From the IMG/VR virus record IMGVR_UViG_3300017685_000003, positions 1-42,140 of that record: a stretch of 42,140 bases of DNA. One strand, given 5' to 3'. Of the stretch, positions 7,056 to 13,785 are shown one piece after another (the stretch's first letter is position 1; each line of letters starts with the position of its first letter). The stretch is from a virus. Under the pieces are notes generated by a model that saw only the letters and a list, made by a program, of their open reading frames with translations, searched no databases and had not been told where the DNA came from. The position numbers were made by a program, and so were the translations under genes.

Positions 7056-7318
7056 GGGCGCAGCACACGCCGGGGCCGTGGTGTATTTCTGATATATCGC
7101 CGACATCGGTCATTTGTGAAAGGGATCAGCCGGGCATTGCGGTCATGCCCTTTAAGCGCGAGGAATCGGAGCGCAAAGCTAATGCGCGCTTGATTGCGGC
7201 CGCACCGGACTTGCTTGACGCGCTTGAGCGCCTTGCTGAAAATCCACAATCTTTCGCCGATATTATGGATTGCTACGGACGCGCAGCAATCGCCAAGGCT
7301 ACGGGTGACGACACATGA
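7052..7318 (+). CDS. hypothetical protein (88 aa)
   Basis: ORF track. GPW...ANARLIAAAPDLLDALE is a motif seen in many small phage proteins of unknown function. Confidence 0.55.
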   Translation: MRAQHTPGPWCISDISPTSVICERDQPGIAVMPFKREESERKANARLIAAAPDLLDALERLAENPQSFADIMDCYGRAAIAKATGDDT

Positions 7319-7512
7319 CCGACGCAGAAATCATCAAAGCGCTAGGCGGATGCGCCGCACTAGGCCGCGAATTCGGGCGCAACACCAAGAGCGTGCACAA
7401 CTGGAAATCGCGCGGGATTCCGTGGCGATGGCGTGCGCCTGTGGTGGCGCTGGCGAAGAAGCGTGGTGTTGCGTTGCCTGTGGATTTTTTGACTAGGGAG
7501 GTGGGGTTGTGA
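7315..7512 (+). CDS. YdaS/Cro-like HTH protein (65 aa)
   Basis: IIKALGGCAALGREFGRNTKSVHNWKSRGIPWRW matches the YdaS/Cro-type pattern (GG..alA..lGv....V..W...g.iP). Confidence 0.6.
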   Translation: MTDAEIIKALGGCAALGREFGRNTKSVHNWKSRGIPWRWRAPVVALAKKRGVALPVDFLTREVGL

Positions 7513-7715
7513 GAAAGCCCACGCACCACGCAAAGCCCGAGATGACGATCGCGCAATCCACGCTGCAACTGCAAACGCTGCTAACGGGATGCTCGGACAA
7601 CGCGCTTGCAGCCATGACGCCGGAATATCTGTCACGCTGCTACAAGGTGAAGCCGATGCTGGCGATGCAGATGTTGCGGGACCAGCGCGAGCATCGGAGG
7701 GCGCGGGATGCGTGA
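7509..7715 (+). CDS. hypothetical protein (68 aa)
   Basis: ORF track with overlapping starts and stops. Confidence 0.5.
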   Translation: MRKPTHHAKPEMTIAQSTLQLQTLLTGCSDNALAAMTPEYLSRCYKVKPMLAMQMLRDQREHRRARDA

Positions 7716-7968
7716 ATCCATGAAGCCTACCAAGAGGCAAGTCTTGGCACGCAAACGTAACTGGCACATCTGGCGCTTGCGAGGTCTGTACACAAACAGC
7801 CATCCCATGAGCGGTGAACACTTGGCAGCTTATCTAGCTGCAATAGATGCGCAGCTAATCGAACTAGGCGCAGAGTCCGAAAGTGCGCGGCGGACAAGGT
7901 TGAAAGCCGAAAATGACCGATACGAGCGCTTCCGAGCGAAAATTATAGGAGATTGCGAGGTATGGTAA
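7708..7968 (+). CDS. hypothetical protein (86 aa)
   Basis: ORF track. It has an 8-nt overlap with the upstream gene. Confidence 0.5.
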   Translation: MRESMKPTKRQVLARKRNWHIWRLRGLYTNSHPMSGEHLAAYLAAIDAQLIELGAESESARRTRLKAENDRYERFRAKIIGDCEVW

Positions 7969-8399
7969 TCTCATCATTATTTGATCTTGAGGAGTCGGCC
8001 CTGAAGCCAGTCGCTCGCTTTCCGATCGAGCCAAAGGACAAGGGCACCGACGATGAGGCAACACGGCAAGCGGCGTTCCGCACACTCCTGCGATACGCCG
8101 GGCCGTCGATCATGTCATGGTCCGTGCCAAACGCTGGTAAACGTGGCTTCAAGGCTCAGGCGCGCGTGAAGAAAGAGGGCCTTACGGCTGGCGTTCATGA
8201 CGAGCATTATGCCTGGAACCACGGCATTGCCTTCCTTGAGTGGAAAGATGGGCGGGGCGTCATGTCCGATGCGCAGATCGATTGGGGCAATGCGATGGCT
8301 GACCGCGGGTTTCGTGTCGCCTGCGTGCGTACGCCAGAGTTCGCGTTGGCGCTGTTTGCCGAGTGGGGCGCGCCGGTAAGGGTGGCGTCATTGACGTAA
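7962..8399 (+). CDS. VRR-NUC domain nuclease
   Basis: GVHDEHYAWNHGIAFLEWKDGRGVMSDAQIDWGNAMADRGFRV fits the D...ExK...Q..W pattern of VRR-NUC. I moved the start to ATG 7962, behind GGAG. Confidence 0.7.
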   Translation: MVISSLFDLEESALKPVARFPIEPKDKGTDDEATRQAAFRTLLRYAGPSIMSWSVPNAGKRGFKAQARVKKEGLTAGVHDEHYAWNHGIAFLEWKDGRGVMSDAQIDWGNAMADRGFRVACVRTPEFALALFAEWGAPVRVASLT

Positions 8400-8423
8400 C
8401 AAACATGAAGGATTAGTGTAGGG

Positions 8424-8463
8424 GCTTCCGGCGAGCTTGTGGGCACTCGCTCAAGCCGGAAGC
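8424..8463 (+). promoter_or_regulatory. imperfect 13-bp hairpin in the 92-nt gap ahead of the replication genes
   Basis: gcttccggc(8424-8432) pairs with gccggaagc(8455-8463), and gagc pairs with gctc, with a 2-nt bulge. No T-run follows. A strong RBS (ggaaggagg) lies downstream. Confidence 0.3.
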
Positions 8464-8491
8464 CAACACCGCGGAAGGAGGCCGCGTCTAC

Positions 8492-8710
8492 ATGCGTACA
8501 ATAGACAGTATCGAAGATGGTTGCAACACACCATCGCTGGGTTCCCTGCTTGACGATATATTGGTGCGACTAGCGGAGTTTGCTCTGTTTCCTGCAGCCG
8601 CCGATGACAGCGAGCGCAAGCAGGCTATCATGTCTGCCTATGGCGCAGGTGAGATCACCGGACGCCAAGCGTCAATGCTGATCGCGCGGTTCGGGCTCAA
8701 GCACGCATGA
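8492..8710 (+). CDS. hypothetical protein (72 aa)
   Basis: ORF track. It has a good RBS and an ATGA overlap with the primase-helicase gene. Confidence 0.5.
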   Translation: MRTIDSIEDGCNTPSLGSLLDDILVRLAEFALFPAAADDSERKQAIMSAYGAGEITGRQASMLIARFGLKHA

Positions 8711-10803
8711 CCGATGCAATCGAGCAATTCCGCCAATTCATAGCCGCGACCTGCAGCACCGATCCTGGACCCATAATCGCGGACGGCAGGTGGCACCGCT
8801 TCAACATATCAGACACGCGCTCCAAGTCATCTAAGCCCGGTCGCTATTTGATGCACAATGATGAGCGGCCGGTTGGCTTGTTCATGGACTGGCGCGACGA
8901 GAAAACCCGGCATCGCTGGTTCTCCGACGCCATGCCTATATCGTACGATCGGGAGGCGGTTGCAGCGAAACGCGCGCTGCGCTCTGCGGAGTTGGAAGCA
9001 CAGTTTACCGCTGCCGCCGTCGCAGCCAAGGCATGGTGGGACGGCGCGGTGAACGGGGCTGATGCTGCAGCACACCCCTACATAACGAAGAAGCAGATTC
9101 AGCCGCATGGCACGCGCGTTCGCAAGGACGGTTTGCTAGTTCCGCTCTACAACGCGGACGGTGAATTTCGGAGCATACAGCAGATTGCGGCCGACGGAAA
9201 AAGGCTGTTCTGGAAGGGTACTCAGGTCGAGGGAAATCATTTTCCGATCGGGGATTTTTCTGCAGGACCAATCGTGCTTTGCGAGGGCTTCTCCACCGGC
9301 GCTAGTATACACGAAGCTACGGGCTATCCTGTGGTTGTCTGCATTGACGCTGGCAATATGGCACCGGTTGCGCGCTGGGCTGGGCACAAATGGGCAGGGA
9401 GGGAATTTATCGTCGCGGCTGATGACGATTGGCACCTGCCGCTGCAGGAGCCTCCCAAGCCTAATAAGGGTCGCGTTTCAGGTGAGAGCGCCGCTCGTAT
9501 CCTTGGCTCAAGACTGATTGTCGCTTCCTTGCTGGGACTGGAAAGTGAGGGCGGTGACGATTTCAATGATGTGGCGCGGGAGTACGACCTGCAGACCGTA
9601 GCCGAACAATTCGAATCCGGCATGTTAGTTTCCGAGTTGGAAAAATCCGACGCTTCCGAAAAGATAGACGACAGCAAACCGCTCGTTAGCGCAACGCCGT
9701 TTACGTGGCGTCCAACGTCCGAAATTCCGAAAAGGCGCTGGCTCTACGGAAAACACCTATTGCGGAAATTCGTATCTCTTGACGTCGCGGCAGGTGGTGT
9801 TGGTAAGTCTTCGCTTAAAATCGGTGAAGCGCTGGCGATGGCAACCGGCCGCGATTTTTACGATAAGGGCCTGCCAGAAGGCGCGCTTAATGTCTGGATG
9901 TGGAATCTTGAAGACCCGCACGACGAAATAGAGCGTCGATTGCATGCGACGGCTCAACGCTTCAAAGTATGCCCTGAAGAGCTGCAGGATAGGCTTTACG
10001 TCGACAGTGGTCGCGACCAACCGCTGGTCATGGCTACCGAGGGTCCAGATGGCGCGATGATCGTTCGCCCGGTTGTGGACGCTCTGATAGCCGAAATGAT
10101 CGCGCGCAAAATCGACGTGCTGCAGATCGACCCGTTCATCAGCTCGCATGCCGTGTCCGAGAACGATAACAACGCGATCGACTTGGTTGCCAAAGAATGG
10201 AACGTCGTTGCCGAGCGTACCGGCGCTGCAATCAACCTCGTACATCACGTCCGAAAGCAGAACGGGGCAGAGGCAACCGCAGACAGCGCTCGCGGCGCAT
10301 CGTCACTTATTGGAAAGGCGCGATCTGTCCTCGTTTATAATCGAATGAGTGAGGACGAGGCTGCCAAGCTGAACGTGCCGGAAGACGAACGTTTTTTCTA
10401 TTTTCGCGTCGATAACGACAAGGCCAATCTAGCTCCACCCGAGCGAGGCGATTGGTATCGCATGAACAACGAAGACCTGTGCAATGGCGATAGCGTCGGT
10501 GTCGCGTGCTCGTGGACTCCGCCAGACGCCTTTGCGGGTATCACGGTCGGGCACCTCTATCAGGTGCAGAAAGCGGTGTCGGAAGGCGAATGGCGCGAGA
10601 ACCCGCAAACGAAGGATGCATGGGTCGGCAATGTCGTCGCAAACGTCGTTGGCCTTGATCTGGACAAGAAACATGAGCGCAAAAGGGCTCAAACTTTGAT
10701 CTTCGCTTGGGTTCGGGCCGGCTCTCTTTTGGTTGTCGAGCGCGAGGATTCCAAGCGCATGAAACGCAAGTTTGTGGAGGTCGGGGAATGGGCAGAATTG
10801 TGA
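8707..10803 (+). CDS. bifunctional Toprim primase / RecA-fold (RepA/DnaB-like) helicase (698 aa)
   Basis: The Toprim motifs are LCEGFSTGASIHEATGYPVVVCIDAGNM...FIVAADDD. Walker A is LDVAAGGVGKSS and Walker B is KIDVLQIDPF. The N-terminal ADGRWHRF...KPGRY...GLFMDWRD is typical of plasmid/phage primases. Confidence 0.8.
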   Translation: MTDAIEQFRQFIAATCSTDPGPIIADGRWHRFNISDTRSKSSKPGRYLMHNDERPVGLFMDWRDEKTRHRWFSDAMPISYDREAVAAKRALRSAELEAQFTAAAVAAKAWWDGAVNGADAAAHPYITKKQIQPHGTRVRKDGLLVPLYNADGEFRSIQQIAADGKRLFWKGTQVEGNHFPIGDFSAGPIVLCEGFSTGASIHEATGYPVVVCIDAGNMAPVARWAGHKWAGREFIVAADDDWHLPLQEPPKPNKGRVSGESAARILGSRLIVASLLGLESEGGDDFNDVAREYDLQTVAEQFESGMLVSELEKSDASEKIDDSKPLVSATPFTWRPTSEIPKRRWLYGKHLLRKFVSLDVAAGGVGKSSLKIGEALAMATGRDFYDKGLPEGALNVWMWNLEDPHDEIERRLHATAQRFKVCPEELQDRLYVDSGRDQPLVMATEGPDGAMIVRPVVDALIAEMIARKIDVLQIDPFISSHAVSENDNNAIDLVAKEWNVVAERTGAAINLVHHVRKQNGAEATADSARGASSLIGKARSVLVYNRMSEDEAAKLNVPEDERFFYFRVDNDKANLAPPERGDWYRMNNEDLCNGDSVGVACSWTPPDAFAGITVGHLYQVQKAVSEGEWRENPQTKDAWVGNVVANVVGLDLDKKHERKRAQTLIFAWVRAGSLLVVEREDSKRMKRKFVEVGEWAEL

Positions 10804-10804
10804 T

Positions 10805-10918
10805 TGCCACACCTCAAAATAACGCGGTGCGGCAAGGTGTGGCAGGTGTGGCAAAATACCATCACGAAATCTGCCACACCACCACCTCTCCTCCGTAGGA
10901 GGTGGTGGTGGTGTGGCA
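10805..10918. repeat. cluster of five 9-mers (GGTGTGGCA / TGCCACACC) with a long imperfect palindrome; candidate replication origin or operator array
   Basis: TGCCACACC occurs at 10805-10813 and 10872-10880. GGTGTGGCA occurs at 10836-10844, 10845-10853 and 10910-10918. Positions 10871-10919 fold as ctgccacaccaccacc...cctcc-gta-ggagg...ggtggtggtgtggcag. Confidence 0.6.
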
Positions 10919-10951
10919 GGTGAGTATTCAACGAAATTGGAGGTAGGGCAA

Positions 10952-11464
10952 ATGGCTGGTTCGGTTAACAAGGTAATCATCGTCGGCAACCTCGGGCGTG
11001 ACCCAGAGAGCAAGGCGTTCAGCAACGGCAACAAGGTCGTTAACCTGCGTATCGCAACGTCGGAAAGCTGGAAGGACAAGCAGTCAGGAGAGCGCAAGGA
11101 AAAGACCGAATGGCACTCGGTCGCGATCTTCAACGAGGGTCTCGGCAACGTCGCTGAGAAATTCCTGCGCAAGGGATCGAAGGTGTATATCGAGGGCGCG
11201 CTCCAGACGCGCAAATGGCAGGACCAGTCGGGCAACGACAAGTACAGCACCGAGATCGTGCTGCAGGGCTTCAACAGCGTCCTGACGATGCTCGACGGAC
11301 CTTCAGGAAAGGGTGGCAACTCCAGCGATTCGGCATCTGGCGGATCGTCAGCGCCGGCCGGTAATGCTCGCGGTTTTTCCGACGACCTGGACGATGATGT
11401 GCCATTCCTCACATGCGATCCGTTCGCTGATGAGCCCCGTAACGCTCGCATGCGGATCATCTGA
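10952..11464 (+). CDS. ssb: single-stranded DNA-binding protein (170 aa) with an 18-aa extension after the acidic tip
   Basis: [19 protein letters not shown]...WHSVAIF...[11 protein letters not shown] is an OB-fold SSB signature. A Gly/Ser linker follows, then DDLDDDVPF and [19 protein letters not shown] moved the start to ATG 10952, behind GGAGG. Confidence 0.85.
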   Translation: MAGSVNKVIIVGNLGRDPESKAFSNGNKVVNLRIATSESWKDKQSGERKEKTEWHSVAIFNEGLGNVAEKFLRKGSKVYIEGALQTRKWQDQSGNDKYSTEIVLQGFNSVLTMLDGPSGKGGNSSDSASGGSSAPAGNARGFSDDLDDDVPFLTCDPFADEPRNARMRII

Positions 11465-11466
11465 GC

Positions 11467-11622
11467 ATGACCCAGCCCGCACCACTAACCGCGTTCATCA
11501 TCGCCATGCTGAAGACCCCGCGCGACAGTCTGGTGCGGGCCGATGCGGGTAAGCTCGCTGCGAAGTACGGCATATCGGTCGCCCATGCCGAGGGGTATCT
11601 GCGGTTGTGGGGTGGGGGTTGA
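11467..11622 (+). CDS. small hypothetical protein (51 aa), below the ORF-track cutoff
   Basis: MTQPAPLTAFIIAMLKTPRDSLVRADAGKLAAKYGISVAHAEGYLRLWGGG. It starts 2 nt after the ssb stop and has GC3-rich codons. Confidence 0.4.
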   Translation: MTQPAPLTAFIIAMLKTPRDSLVRADAGKLAAKYGISVAHAEGYLRLWGGG

Positions 11623-11731
11623 CGCCTTGCAAAGGGCGTAAATCGGTGTAGAGTGCGGGGTGACAGAGCGTTCTTGCAGGTCCCCCTCCACCTTTTCCGC
11701 AACGGCCTCGCGTACGGCCTCGGCAGGGAAC

Positions 11732-11759
11732 TTGCCAACGTCATTAGACGTGCTATGTT
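11732..11759 (+). promoter_or_regulatory. putative late-operon promoter; the terS transcript may be leaderless
   Basis: ttgcca(11732-11737)-N16-tatgtt(11754-11759). The expected start lies about at A of ATG 11766, and no SD precedes that ATG. A second candidate is ttgcaa(11627)-N16-tagagt(11649). The direct repeat acggcctcg occurs at 11702 and 11714. Confidence 0.3.
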
Positions 11760-11765
11760 CGGGCG

Positions 11766-12128
11766 ATGAGCGAGCGCGCAAAAAACGGCCAAAATGCGGA
11801 ATTCCTTGCGCAGGCAGGAAAGGGAAGGCCTAAAGGTGTCCCGAACAAGACTACATCACTTCTCAAGGATGCTATCATCCAAGCTGCAACAGCGGCTGGA
11901 GGTAAGGACGGTCTTGTCGGCTATTTGACCGATCAAGCTGAGAAGAACCCCGGTCCCTTTATTGGGTTGCTCGGCAAGGTATTGCCAATGCAGCTTACTG
12001 GAGAAGACGGTGGGGCTATCAAGATAGAGCAAGAGGTTCGCGAAAATGCTGATGCAGTCGCCCGCTCAATTGCTGGCCTCGTTGAACGAGCAAGAGCGCC
12101 AGGAGTGGTGGCAAGCACTAAGCACTGA
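11766..12128 (+). CDS. terS: terminase small subunit-like protein (120 aa)
   Basis: It sits immediately upstream of terL. GKGRPKGVPNKTT is the basic motif typical of a family of small-terminase-like proteins. Confidence 0.55.
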   Translation: MSERAKNGQNAEFLAQAGKGRPKGVPNKTTSLLKDAIIQAATAAGGKDGLVGYLTDQAEKNPGPFIGLLGKVLPMQLTGEDGGAIKIEQEVRENADAVARSIAGLVERARAPGVVASTKH

Positions 12129-13407
12129 ACAGCAGGCTAGTCTTAAATATCAGTGGGACTTTTGGGCTAGACCAGACCAGCTGGAACCCGTTGGCGATTG
12201 GTCGACTTGGCTGGCACTCGCTGGTCGCGGCTTCGGCAAAACGGAATTGGGCGCGCAGTGGGTGCGCAAGCGCGTATCAGAAGGCGCAATGGCGGTGGCG
12301 CTGGTCGCGGAGACGCAAAAAGACCTTGAGGAAGTCATGATACCCCGGCTTCTGAAGGTTACTCCTCCCGAGGAAGCGCCCGAAGTGCGCTACAAACCAG
12401 TTCGTCTTAGGTGGCCTAGCGGTGCTGTAGCGTTCGGATACAACGGCACTGAACCGGATCAGCTTCGCGGACCTGAGTTCGATACCGCTTGGGTGGACGA
12501 GCTGGCGAAATATTCCAAGGCTCGCGAAACATGGGACATGCTTCAGTTCACCATGCGCCGCCCCGATCCTCGCGTTCTTGTGACTACGACACCGCGCCCC
12601 ATTCCGATCATCAAGGACATTCTCAAGGATGAGAAAACCGTGAAGACGGTCGGCTCAACGATGGCAAATGCGGATAACCTTGCTCCTTCGTTTCTGAAGG
12701 CGGTCCACGACAAATACGCAGGAACGCGCCTCGGCAGACAGGAGCTTGAGGGAGAAATCGTTGATGATGTCGTGGGCGCGTTGTGGACCAGGGCAATGCT
12801 TGACACGGGCAGGCGAAAAGCAGCCTTTGATGGTATGCCGCTGGATGAGAATGGCCGCCGTATCGAGATGAGTCGAGTCGTGATTGCTATCGACCCTAGC
12901 GGCACGGATGGCGACTCTGACGACGGCGATGCGATCGGCATCGTTGCGGCAGGACGTGGTGTGGACGGGCGTGGTTACGTTTTGGAGGACGCCACCTGCA
13001 AGCTTTCGCCGGAAGGATGGGCAAGGCGGTCCATCACCGCTTACCATCGGTGGGAAGCTGACCGGATAGTTGCGGAGCGTAACTTCGGTGGGGCGATGGT
13101 GCGAGCCGTGGTCAGAGCGTCCGATGCTAACGTTCCGTACAAAGAGGTGACGGCAAGCCGCGGCAAGTCCGCTCGCGCGGAGCCTATATCTGCGCTATAC
13201 GAGCAAGGCCGCGTGTCCCATGTCGGCAGTGGCCTGACAGACTTGGAAGACGAAATGGTCCTTATGACTGCCAATGGTTATACGGGTGAGCGCTCGCCTA
13301 ACCGCGTCGATGCTGTCGTATGGGCATTAACCGAAGTCATGTTGGGCCATCAGGTGCAGAAGCCTGATACTGCCTCAGTATCCATCCCCTCAATGGCTCG
13401 CAGATGA
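12046..13407 (+). CDS. terL: terminase large subunit (453 aa)
   Basis: YQWDFWARPDQ...LALAGRGFGKTE is Walker A, AWVDELAK is Walker B, and VIAIDPSGTDG is the nuclease Asp. It overlaps terS by 83 nt in the +1 frame. Confidence 0.85.
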   Translation: MLMQSPAQLLASLNEQERQEWWQALSTEQQASLKYQWDFWARPDQLEPVGDWSTWLALAGRGFGKTELGAQWVRKRVSEGAMAVALVAETQKDLEEVMIPRLLKVTPPEEAPEVRYKPVRLRWPSGAVAFGYNGTEPDQLRGPEFDTAWVDELAKYSKARETWDMLQFTMRRPDPRVLVTTTPRPIPIIKDILKDEKTVKTVGSTMANADNLAPSFLKAVHDKYAGTRLGRQELEGEIVDDVVGALWTRAMLDTGRRKAAFDGMPLDENGRRIEMSRVVIAIDPSGTDGDSDDGDAIGIVAAGRGVDGRGYVLEDATCKLSPEGWARRSITAYHRWEADRIVAERNFGGAMVRAVVRASDANVPYKEVTASRGKSARAEPISALYEQGRVSHVGSGLTDLEDEMVLMTANGYTGERSPNRVDAVVWALTEVMLGHQVQKPDTASVSIPSMARR

Positions 13408-13496
13408 GCCGCACCGAACATGGTGGATGCTGCGGCTGTTTGGTGCTATTGCTGGCGCTCGTCGGGCTGTGGACCGTGATGGGATGGGTGGTATGA
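13404..13496 (+). CDS. tiny membrane peptide (30 aa), tentative
   Basis: MSRTEHGGCCGCLVLLLALVGLWTVMGWVV. It has an ATGA overlap with the terL stop. Confidence 0.35.
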   Translation: MSRTEHGGCCGCLVLLLALVGLWTVMGWVV

Positions 13497-13527
13497 AAGC
13501 TGATCGTGACCCCAGCATGGCGAGGCG

Positions 13528-13785
13528 TTGATGTTGATTTTGCTCATGGCGCTACAGGCGCAGACCGTTTGCCGCATTGAGGTAAATCAGGTCGTGTGCC
13601 GGCAAGTTGCGCCAGTGGACTATCGCGCGGCTCTGGATCGCGGCATCGCTTCCGTGCCCACGACCAGCATCCATCAGCGTATAGGCAGGATGATTGCGGC
13701 TGGCGATTGCTCTGGGGCAAAGGCAACCGCTTTGCGTGCGGGCGATATCGACTTGGCGGCGTCTGTGGCGGAGGTTTGCCGGTGA
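13528..13785 (+). CDS. small protein with a signal-peptide-like N terminus (85 aa)
   Basis: ORF track. It starts MMLILLMALQAQT and has four Cys. Its stop overlaps the portal GTG start (GTGA). Confidence 0.4.
   Translation: MMLILLMALQAQTVCRIEVNQVVCRQVAPVDYRAALDRGIASVPTTSIHQRIGRMIAAGDCSGAKATALRAGDIDLAASVAEVCR

Noticed and set aside
10805-10918. The possibility that the 9-mer cluster is a CRISPR-like array.
   Set aside because: The repeats are only 9 nt, lie in both orientations with irregular 0-29 nt spacing, and no cas genes are present. An iteron or operator reading fits better.
10429-11460. A 343-aa ORF antisense to the end of the helicase gene, the iteron region and ssb.
   Set aside because: Its composition is Ser/Pro/Arg/Leu-rich, it runs through the palindromic non-coding cluster, and the sense strand carries an unmistakable SSB. 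It is a product of GC-rich sequence rather than a gene.
12046-12128. The 83-nt terS/terL overlap as a programmed frameshift site.
   Set aside because: I see no slippery heptamer (XXXYYYZ) in the overlap. terL has its own ATG and a typical N terminus (LLASLNEQERQEWW...YQWDFWARP). An ordinary overlap is sufficient.
13596-13781. The upstream extension of the portal ORF (the track start at 13596 gives 803 aa).
   Set aside because: The extension is Arg/Gly/Cys-rich and overlaps the better 85-aa ORF. GTG 13782 has a GGAGG RBS at the correct spacing and a GTGA overlap.
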